Assembly: GCA_024275255.1 (NCBI GenBank) | Contig: JAJRZL010000122.1 | Location: forward strand, 1-45,903 | Direction of reading: 5' to 3' | Origin: Candidatus Zixiibacteriota bacterium | GTDB taxonomy: Bacteria; Zixibacteria; MSB-5A5; GN15; FEB-12 | DNA length: 45,903 nt | In this document: one piece after another, positions 16,437-24,136 of the stretch | How positions within the stretch are numbered: the stretch's first letter is position 1 | Layout: each line of letters starts with the position of its first letter | Translations under genes and position numbers: made by a program | The notes under the pieces: generated by a model | Told to the model about the DNA's origin: nothing | The model's database searches: none | The model's input: the letters and a program-made list of their open reading frames with translations, nothing else

Positions 16437-18632
16437 ATGCCAGTATTTGGTGATTTTTGTATAGTAGCGGCAGCGTTAACAACGACTATATCGACCCTTT
16501 TATATCTCTTTGTCTGGCGGGGGAAACATCTATACCGTCAACTGGCTCGGTACTTTTTTACGGCTTCCATGTTAAGTATCGCTGCAGCTCTATTGACTTT
16601 GCTGTTGCTTATTCTGCGGCATGATTTCACGGTAGCTTATGTTTTCTCGTACTCCTCGACCGATTTACCCTGGTACTACCTTGTTTCCTCGTTATGGGGC
16701 GGGCAGGAAGGGACCTTTCTCCTGTGGATATTTTTTGTCTCCATTATGGCATTTGTGATGATGCGCTCGGCTCGTTCCTTTGAGGTCGGCAATATGTTTT
16801 TTGTGAACCTGTTCGTGTTGGCTATTCTTGTTATTCTATTGAAGAAATCCCCTTTCGAGTATTTACCGGTATTTCGTAGCGAAGGGGCGGGATTAAACCC
16901 ATTGCTACAAAATTTCTGGATGACGATTCATCCCCCTATCATGTTTGTCGGGTTTGCCGGTACGCTTTTTCCCTTTGTATATGGATTGACCGGTCTTATT
17001 GAGCGACGGTATGATGTCTGGGCGGAAGCGGCTCGCAAGTGGACCCTGTTTGCCTGGACGGCGCTTGGTGTTTCCTTAGTGATGGGCGGATACTGGGCAT
17101 ATAAGACCCTCGGCTGGGGGGGATTCTGGGCATGGGACCCGGTAGAAAACTCCTCCTTTATTCCCTGGATTTTCCTCACTGCCCAGGTGCATACCCTGTT
17201 TATCAAACGACAAAGGCGAGGGTTGATGCGTTTTTCATTGATAATTGTCTGCCTGACGTTTTGGTCGGTTCTGTATGGGACTTTTTTGACCCGGTCAGGA
17301 GTCCTGGCTGATTTTTCGGTGCACTCATTTGTCGATCTTGGCATTAACAATTTTCTCATTGGTGGTTTGTTGCTGTTTGTCGGATTGGGGAGCTACCTGT
17401 TATTGCTCCGCTGGCAGGATATCAAGCCGGGACCGTCGTATTCCAGGGTGGCATCTCGTTCGTATGTCGTCACCCTTGGTATAGTCGTGCTTTTTCTTGG
17501 AGGGATATTAACATTACTGGGGACCTCCGCCCCGCTACTTACCCGGTTTGCAGAGAACCCATCAAACGTTGGAATCTCGTACTATTTTGCTACCATGACA
17601 CCGGTGGCTATTGTTGTTTTGTTTCTGTTGGCGTTGTTCCCCAGTCTGAAGTGGAATCATGGTATGAAACGACCGGCGCTCCTTTTTGTCGGCGGCGTGA
17701 TTGGACTGATTACCGCTCTTCTCTTATTTATTGTGGGGGTTACCTCCCAGGTACTATACTTACTCTTGTTCTGGGCTGCTGTATGGGCAATACTATCCAA
17801 CGGTTATATTGTATATTCCTCGTGGCGCACGAAGGGAATGCAGGCGGCATATTTAGCACATATCGGTATTGCCGTCGCTATTGTTGGAGCTGCGGTATCG
17901 GCAGGATTTGAAAAGAAAAAGACAATTACTTTGCCACAGAGCCAACTGGTGAATGAGAGTGGATATTCCATGCGGTTTACTGAATTAGAGGAAACTCCGA
18001 AAGGATTCAACTGTCATGTACAAGTAAAACGAGGCGGTACGGAGTTTGTTGCCATCCTCCCGCATGAGTTTCCAAAGAATCAGGAAGGGGTTATGCGTAA
18101 GCCGTATGTGGAAAAATTTCTCGGGTACGATTTCTATATGTCCCCCCTTGCTTTGGAAGAACCTGAAAACAACAATACCAACCAACTCATATTATCCAAA
18201 GGGGAAACAGCTTCATTTGATAAATATACAATTACATTTCATGATTTTGAGTTGGGTAGTCATGGTGAGGAAGCCATGACAGAAGCAAAAGCATTATTAA
18301 CCGTTGTATACGAAAATACGGAAGAAGAAGTTGTCCCCTCGATTCGGCTGGTAGGCGGAACGTTGGAAACCACTCCGGGAAAATTCGATTACGGCAAAGC
18401 ATCGGTAGTTATTGCCGGAGTACGCCCTGAGGATGGCTCGGTTGTTCTTGAGTTCCGGGGCGACTTTTTACCGCAAACGGAACTTCAGACTGCTTCATTA
18501 GTTATTGAACTTTCTGAAAAACCGTTAATAAATCTGTTCTGGCTGGGGACTATCCTGGTCTTTATATCGGGGGCACTTTCAATGCAAGAGCGGCGTAAAC
18601 GACACAGTGCAATTGCCGTAAAGCAATCCTAA
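16437..18632 (+). CDS. ccmF: CcmF/NrfE-type cytochrome c haem lyase (system I)
   Basis: The protein is polytopic, with the Trp-rich haem-handling motif WGGFWAWDPVENSSFIPW, plus HPPIMFVGFAG and AHIGIAV. Confidence 0.8.
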   Translation: MPVFGDFCIVAAALTTTISTLLYLFVWRGKHLYRQLARYFFTASMLSIAAALLTLLLLILRHDFTVAYVFSYSSTDLPWYYLVSSLWGGQEGTFLLWIFFVSIMAFVMMRSARSFEVGNMFFVNLFVLAILVILLKKSPFEYLPVFRSEGAGLNPLLQNFWMTIHPPIMFVGFAGTLFPFVYGLTGLIERRYDVWAEAARKWTLFAWTALGVSLVMGGYWAYKTLGWGGFWAWDPVENSSFIPWIFLTAQVHTLFIKRQRRGLMRFSLIIVCLTFWSVLYGTFLTRSGVLADFSVHSFVDLGINNFLIGGLLLFVGLGSYLLLLRWQDIKPGPSYSRVASRSYVVTLGIVVLFLGGILTLLGTSAPLLTRFAENPSNVGISYYFATMTPVAIVVLFLLALFPSLKWNHGMKRPALLFVGGVIGLITALLLFIVGVTSQVLYLLLFWAAVWAILSNGYIVYSSWRTKGMQAAYLAHIGIAVAIVGAAVSAGFEKKKTITLPQSQLVNESGYSMRFTELEETPKGFNCHVQVKRGGTEFVAILPHEFPKNQEGVMRKPYVEKFLGYDFYMSPLALEEPENNNTNQLILSKGETASFDKYTITFHDFELGSHGEEAMTEAKALLTVVYENTEEEVVPSIRLVGGTLETTPGKFDYGKASVVIAGVRPEDGSVVLEFRGDFLPQTELQTASLVIELSEKPLINLFWLGTILVFISGALSMQERRKRHSAIAVKQS

Positions 18633-18755
18633 ACAGAATCTTCTACCAAAAAGGTTGCGTTTTAGTACAGTATTTATTGCCGGGTTGTTTTTGATTTGAT
18701 TACTGTGTTTTTATTGTGTTTATTAGTACCTACGCAACAGGTGGATTAAGAAGAC

Positions 18756-19058
18756 GTGGCTAAAATCAAAATGGGTTTCCTATCGGAGCTTCCCCCGGGG
18801 AAGATGATAGAAAAGCGGATTATGGCTCGTCGCATAGCTGTTGTGAACGACGCCGGAAAGATTTATGCGATTGAATCCGATTGCAAACACATGAAAGCCT
18901 CCCTGTCAACTGGAAGGGTAGCCGATGGAATGGTCACCTGTCGCTGGCATAGTTGGAAATATGACCTGTCAACAGGGGTTTGTGTGACAAATGAAGGATT
19001 TACGTTGAAGACATATCGAACGGAAGTTGTTGAGGGTGTTATTTATGTGTTATTATAA
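18756..19058 (+). CDS. Small Rieske [2Fe-2S] domain protein (NirD-like)
   Basis: CKH...CRWH gives the Rieske CxH / CxxH ligand pairs. The start is GTG, with an alternative ATG at 18771. Confidence 0.7.
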   Translation: MAKIKMGFLSELPPGKMIEKRIMARRIAVVNDAGKIYAIESDCKHMKASLSTGRVADGMVTCRWHSWKYDLSTGVCVTNEGFTLKTYRTEVVEGVIYVLL

Positions 19059-19078
19059 CTTGATGCAGAGGGAAGAAT

Positions 19079-19696
19079 ATGTTTCAGAAAATACATCGCT
19101 ATCTTGATCAGGTCATTCCTGAACGCCCGCAGGTTCTGCGGGAGATGGAAGCAAAAGCGCAGGAAGAAGGATTCCCGATTGTGGGACCGCTTGTGGGACG
19201 GCTTTTGTATCAACTGACGATTTTAACGAAAGCCCGTAAAATCTTTGAGCTGGGTTCCGGATTTGGATATAGCGCCTACTGGTTTTCTCTGGCTACCCGG
19301 GGACGGGGAAACATCATCATGACCGACGGTAATAAAGCGAACAAACGGATGGCGCTGGATTATTTTAAGCGGGCAGGATTGCAGAGCACATTTGAGTATC
19401 GAATCGGCGATGCATTGCAAATTCTCAAGAAATATAATGGTCCCTTTGATATTATATTTAATGACATAGATAAAGGTGACTACCCCAAGACGATTGACCT
19501 GGTGGCGCCACGTCTGAAAAAAGGGGGATTGTTTATCACAGACAATCTGCTCTGGTCCGGAAAGGTGTGCAACAAGACAAAAGATGCCGCTACGAACGCT
19601 ATTATTGAATTTACGGAAACCCTGTACCATGACGGCAGGTTTTTTACGACTATTGTCCCCTTGCGCGATGGAGTGTCCATTGCGGTTCGTTTGTAG
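19079..19696 (+). CDS. Class I SAM-dependent O-methyltransferase (caffeoyl-CoA OMT-like)
   Basis: It has the ELGSGFGYS SAM-binding motif and the IFNDIDK pattern typical of cation-dependent OMTs. Confidence 0.7.
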   Translation: MFQKIHRYLDQVIPERPQVLREMEAKAQEEGFPIVGPLVGRLLYQLTILTKARKIFELGSGFGYSAYWFSLATRGRGNIIMTDGNKANKRMALDYFKRAGLQSTFEYRIGDALQILKKYNGPFDIIFNDIDKGDYPKTIDLVAPRLKKGGLFITDNLLWSGKVCNKTKDAATNAIIEFTETLYHDGRFFTTIVPLRDGVSIAVRL

Positions 19697-20077
19697 TTGA
19701 CACGGCTGAGAACATTAGTTAGAAATCAATTATTAAGATTCAGTTATTAAAGTACGATGGCTTTCAGCCGAAGAATATAAGCATAAGATTATACCTGATG
19801 AGTGGAACTTTCAACTCAAACTTTCGTTTAATATGTAGGTAATTGTTAATGAAGTCGGGTGTTTACCCAAATTATTCCTTATTACCCATTTTCCTTTACC
19901 AGGCTTTTGATTTAAGTCAACGTGTAAAGAGGCAAAAACGCAGTTATTCTTACAGACTGGGGCAGTGATAAATCTCAGTTCTTGGGTAACAAGATTTGAG
20001 ATGAGAAATATTAGAATATACCAAGCTTGATTGTAAATAAGTTCTGGAGAGATAACATTTTTTTATAAAGATTGTTC

Positions 20078-20113
20078 TTGACAAGATAACCCGGTGCATA
20101 TTTTAATATGCAC
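20078..20113 (+). promoter_or_regulatory. Candidate sigma-70-type promoter overlapped by a palindromic operator-like site
   Basis: TTGACA (20078-20083) is followed by an AT-rich -10 zone. A perfect inverted repeat GTGCATAT-TTTA-ATATGCAC spans 20094-20113. Confidence 0.3.
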
Positions 20114-20278
20114 TCTTAAGTCTGTGTCCTGATATACAAGAGAATCTCCCGCGACAGTTTTCTGGGAATTCTGGTAACGTTTTTTCTGTTAAGTGAACGT
20201 AATCAGGACGTCAAAAATAAAGAACCGTGCTTTCTTGAAAAGTACGACATTGAAAACTCAGTAGTTCAGGAGGAATAC

Positions 20279-20707
20279 ATGGCGCTCAAACGAGCAAAGT
20301 TCTTTTCATATGGTAAAGATAAACTCTGTTCCGATGTTCAGCAATTTATCGAAAATGCAGGTGTGTTGCTGGATGTGCGTGACATCGAAAAACAACCGTT
20401 AACCGAAGCAGAGCTCAATAGGTTACTGGGGCATTTGAATATTGAGCATTTTATCAATAAACTATCCCCTGCGTATAAAAAACACCGGTTGGACAAAGAG
20501 ATGCCACCGCGTGAAGAGGTTATCCAGCTCATATTAAAAGATCATACTCTGCTTCGTAAACCGATAGTACAATCCGCCCGATTGATTACCATCGGTTGCG
20601 ATAAGAAAAAAATTGCTGATATGTTGCAGCTCACAATGGACGGAGAACCCACTGAAGCGAGTAATAACGGAAGTAAACGATTAAATCAGCGCGCATCTGT
20701 TCGGTAA
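20279..20707 (+). CDS. ArsC/Spx-family thioredoxin-fold protein
   Basis: FFSYGKDKLCSDVQQFIENAGVLLDVRDIEKQPLTEAEL...LLRKPIV follows the ArsC-family pattern. A strong SD (AGGAGG) precedes the ATG. Confidence 0.65.
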   Translation: MALKRAKFFSYGKDKLCSDVQQFIENAGVLLDVRDIEKQPLTEAELNRLLGHLNIEHFINKLSPAYKKHRLDKEMPPREEVIQLILKDHTLLRKPIVQSARLITIGCDKKKIADMLQLTMDGEPTEASNNGSKRLNQRASVR

Positions 20708-20776
20708 GCTGCTGATAAAAATATCCATTATAGCTTTTGTTTTTTTCAAGGGGGAGCTATATTCCATACGTTTACT

Positions 20777-22471
20777 ATGAGAAAGGATAAACGTATGGAC
20801 ATTGAACGCGAAATCCTCGAAACAGATATAGCAATTGTCGGGGCGGGACCGGCAGGATTGGCGCTGGCTTATAAATTGGCGCAGCTCATCGAAGCCGATG
20901 GCTCGGTCGATATGCCGGAAATTCTCCTGATGGAAAAAGGTTCCCATTGCGGAGCACATGCTCTTTCCGGGGCGGTTATGGATCCCCGTGGGTTGGCGGA
21001 GTTAATCCCCGATTATATCGAAAAAGGTGCTCCCTTGTCTGCACCTGTTTCCACTGACAGCATGTATTATTTGCGTAAGTCAGGGGAATTCAAGTTTCCC
21101 TTTTTACCGCCGTCATTGAGTAATCATGGTAATTATGTCATTTCCCTTAACCGGCTGACTTCATGGCTCGGTGAACAGGTAGAGGCAAAGGGGATTGATA
21201 TTTTTGCCGGCCTTGCCGGATATAATCTTGTCATTGAAGATGGCGTAGTAAGCGGTATTCAGACGGTTGATATGGGGCTTGATAAAGAAGGAAATCCAAA
21301 ATCCAATTTTGAACCGGGTTCGATTGTCAAAGCAAAGGTTACGGTTTTATGCGAAGGAGTTCGTGGTTCGTTAACACGCCAGGCATTGGAACAAATACCG
21401 GAACTGACAGCGGGGCGACTGCCCCAGACATTCCTGACCGGTGTCAAAGAGGTCTGGGAAATTCCCGAAGGACGTATCAAAGCCGGTGAAGTTATCCATA
21501 CTATCGGTTGGCCCCAGCCGAACCATGAATACGGCGGCGGCTGGGTTTACGGAATGAGCAATACCATGGTCTCGGTCGGCTATGCTGTCGGGTTGGATTC
21601 TCCCGATCCCACCAACGATCCTCACATGAAATTCCAGCGGTACAAAACCCACCCGGTATTGAAGAGAATCCTTGAAGGCGGCACCATGCTTCACTACGGG
21701 GCAAAAACAATCCCCGTGGGCGGGTATTATTGTATGCCGAAACTTTTCCACGCAGGGTTGCTGCTTTGTGGAGATTCTGCCGGTTTTCTTGACCCATCTC
21801 GTTTGAAAGGAGTGCATCTGGCGATTAAGTCGGGGATTATGGCAGCGGAAACGCTGTTTGACTGTCTGAAGGATGGCGATTTCTCTCCAGGTAAACTTGC
21901 CGGATATGAACAACGATTTGAAAATAGCTGGTCAAAACGTGAGTTATATAAATCACGCAATTTCCATGCAGCGTTCAAAAATGGTCTCAAGTCGGGGATG
22001 TTCCATGTCGCAATCCAAACCCTTACCGGAGGAAGAGGGCTGTTTGATCGACGGGAGCACAAACCGGATCACGAATATATGCTCACGATTGAAGCCTTTA
22101 CGAAACGATTCGGTCAAAAGCCACACAAAGAATCAATCAAGTTTGATAATTCATATACATTCGATAAATTAACTGATGTCTATAAGTCGGGTACTCAACA
22201 CGAAGAAGAACAGCCGCCACATCTGGTGATTGCTGATTATGATATATGCAATAATCGTTGCACCGAAGAATATGGTAACCCTTGCCAACATTTTTGTCCG
22301 GCGCATGTATATGAGATGGTAGAGGATTCCGAACGTGACGTAAAGTTGAAACTACAACTTACCCCGTCGAATTGTGTGCACTGCAAAACCTGTGACATCG
22401 CCGATCCATACCAGATAATACGCTGGGTAACTCCCCAGGGTGGTGAGGGTCCGAATTACGAGAATTTGTAA
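20777..22471 (+). CDS. Electron-transfer flavoprotein:quinone oxidoreductase (ETF-QO)
   Basis: It has the FAD motif IVGAGPAGLALA and a C-terminal 4Fe-4S region CVHCKTCDI. The alternative start ATG 20795 has a better SD. Confidence 0.85.
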   Translation: MRKDKRMDIEREILETDIAIVGAGPAGLALAYKLAQLIEADGSVDMPEILLMEKGSHCGAHALSGAVMDPRGLAELIPDYIEKGAPLSAPVSTDSMYYLRKSGEFKFPFLPPSLSNHGNYVISLNRLTSWLGEQVEAKGIDIFAGLAGYNLVIEDGVVSGIQTVDMGLDKEGNPKSNFEPGSIVKAKVTVLCEGVRGSLTRQALEQIPELTAGRLPQTFLTGVKEVWEIPEGRIKAGEVIHTIGWPQPNHEYGGGWVYGMSNTMVSVGYAVGLDSPDPTNDPHMKFQRYKTHPVLKRILEGGTMLHYGAKTIPVGGYYCMPKLFHAGLLLCGDSAGFLDPSRLKGVHLAIKSGIMAAETLFDCLKDGDFSPGKLAGYEQRFENSWSKRELYKSRNFHAAFKNGLKSGMFHVAIQTLTGGRGLFDRREHKPDHEYMLTIEAFTKRFGQKPHKESIKFDNSYTFDKLTDVYKSGTQHEEEQPPHLVIADYDICNNRCTEEYGNPCQHFCPAHVYEMVEDSERDVKLKLQLTPSNCVHCKTCDIADPYQIIRWVTPQGGEGPNYENL

Positions 22472-22600
22472 GAAGGGGAAGTGAAAATACAGATATATGG
22501 TGGCTCACTGTTTGGGAGTTGTTGAAAAACTTCAATATTTTTTCTCGAGCACCCTTCGACTCCGCTCAGGGTGGCTTGAAAGTCGCTGTCATTCAACATG

Positions 22601-22776
22601 TCGAGTAGGTCGGGTTCAGAATCCGCTGTACGCGGATGAAAATCCGACAATCTTTTTGTTTTATTATTTAACAGGGATATGTCGGGTTTCTCATTCGTCC
22701 GCCTGCAGCGGACTCATTCGGAACACCGACCTACTGTCAATGTGAGTAGGACAGGACCCTTGCAGTCCTGCCGAAT
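22601..22776. repeat. Cluster of nested palindromic units (two homologous imperfect hairpin modules plus two short hairpins)
   Basis: Module A (22609-22648) and module B (22681-22730) share the plan GTCGG..TTC..(G)TCCGC-5nt-GCGGA(C)..GAA..CCGAC. The 10-bp AGTAGGTCGG (22604-22613) is the exact inverse of CCGACCTACT (22726-22735). Further hairpins lie at 22730-22750 and 22752-22770. Confidence 0.5.
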
Positions 22777-22800
22777 ATGTGATGAAATCACTGTTTTTTT

Positions 22801-22872
22801 GTCACCCCTGCGAAAGCAGGGGTCCAGTAACCTTATAAGACAAAACTGGATTCCCGCCTTCGCAGGGGTGAC
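22801..22872. repeat. 27-bp inverted-repeat pair; each arm is itself a GC-rich hairpin (REP/MITE-like unit)
   Basis: GTCACCCCTGCGAAAGCAGGGGTCCAG (22801-22827) compares with the reverse complement of 22846-22872, GTCACCCCTGCGAAGGCGGGAATCCAG. That is 23/27 identical, across an 18-nt spacer. Confidence 0.6.
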
Positions 22873-22992
22873 AAATATAAAGGAACAATGTCTTATTATT
22901 CCTCAAGAGTTTTCTATAAGACCCAAGAGATGCGCCACCCGGTCTTCATATTTTTGTAGAAGTTACAGGCTGAAGAAGCAAAGTCTATGTCA

Positions 22993-23997
22993 TTACTTAT
23001 GAACGGTTGTAATGACCAGCCAGAAGATAATCAATAATGCCATAAGAACAGAAAGCATGAGATATTGACGAGGGGTTGATGGGGTTACCTGGAAAAACTC
23101 CCGAGTTTTACTTTCCCGCTCGAATGCCTGCATCGCTTCGAGAGTAACAAGCATTTCTTTCGCACTGAGGAACCGGTCGTCTTTTTTTCTTCCAAGAAGT
23201 TTTTCAAGCAGAAGGACCGTGTCACCCGGCAGCTTATATTATGTGTATAGTTTGTCGAAATCGAGTGGTTTATGAAGTATAGCATCTTCTACGTCTGCCT
23301 GGGTGGAGCCGGAAAAAGTAGGTTTGCCGGTCAACAGTTCCCAATACACTTCACCAAGAGAATACAAGTCACTTAGTGGAGTTAACTCTCCATTGACTAT
23401 ATGTGCCGGGGTTCGATACCGGACCTCATCGAATACGATTGTTGAGGAATCGTTATCATGAATCATGTGTGTTGAAAGACCGAAATCGACCAGTTTGGCA
23501 GTACCTTCGTCGGTTATCATGATATTTGAGGGGCGGATGTTGCCGTGGATTACATTATGTTCATGAGCAAATGTCAGCCCGCGGGCAATCTGGATAGCGA
23601 GGGTTAAGAATTTATCATTGCTTATGGGACCATTTCGGATGAGCTGTTGTACTGTTTGCCCGCTGATATATTCCATAACAACAATCAGGCGGTCGCCATC
23701 TTTGGAAGCCCCATAGATATTGCCGATATTGGAATGTGACAAGTTGGATAATGTCCGTAATGTTGACAGGCATTGTGACCGAAACCCGGGGTGTGACAGC
23801 AGTTCCGCCGGGACTATCCGCAGCGCAACAATACGCTCCATAGTAGTATCCCATGCCTGATAAACCGGTCCGGTATGCCCTTCTCCTAGTTTTTCGACAA
23901 GGGTGTACTGGAGTATCTGTTTTTGAAAAAGATCATCCATACTACAATTAATAACGGAAATCCTGCCGTAAAACTTGAGTATTCTTATATTTAACAT
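22993..23997 (-). pseudogene. Hanks-type kinase-like gene with degenerate catalytic motifs, interrupted by an in-frame TAA (23239-23241); C-terminal TM anchor encoded after the stop
   Basis: The 252-aa ORF (23239-23997) ends ...ILHKPLDFDKLYT-TAA. The same frame then continues YKLPGDTVLLLEKLLGRKKDDRFLSAKEML...LMLSVLMALLIIFWLVITTVHK-TAA (stop at 22993-22995), which is kinase subdomain XI plus a TM helix. The likely start is ATG 23940. Confidence 0.6.
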
Positions 23998-24136
23998 AAC
24001 ATTATGTTGTGTTACCCGGAATATTCGATTATTTATTCCGAAAGAGAAAAATTAATGCTGGAGAATAACTCACCGAATTATATAAGTAAATGTATAATTA
24101 TTGAAATCCTGACCGAAGTTGGTTATATAACATCGT

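Noticed and set aside
20126-20209. A riboswitch-like three-way junction in the leader of the ArsC/Spx-like gene (GTCCTGAT / ATCAGGAC closing two small hairpins).
   Set aside because: By my rough estimate, one 8-bp complementary pair within 100 nt is expected by chance in a 580-nt region. The inner stems are only 5-9 bp with bulges, and I recognise no known riboswitch core. It is not supportable without covariation data.
21371-21913. A 180-aa minus-strand ORF, plus shorter ones, inside the ETF-QO gene.
   Set aside because: The plus-strand gene is full length with FAD and 4Fe-4S motifs. The antisense ORFs show no features.
22456-23002. Three ORF-track entries (64, 82 and 107 aa) in the repeat island.
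   Set aside because: They overlap each other and run through palindromic repeats. Their peptides (..LRLRSGW.., ..SPLRKQGS.., ..IPAFAGVT..) look like translated REP/MITE-type repeats, and they have no SD or start context.
23239-23241. Genome-wide TAA reassignment as the explanation for the in-frame stop.
   Set aside because: Well-supported genes in the window terminate at TAA at their expected ends, for example ETF-QO at 22469-22471 and the T9SS-tail gene at 74-76. Standard code usage is therefore more likely.
23085-23285. A 66-aa minus-strand ORF overlapping the end of the kinase-like ORF.
   Set aside because: It is out of frame with the conserved kinase subdomain XI sequence, which continues in the original frame after the TAA. 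It is an artefact of the interrupted gene.
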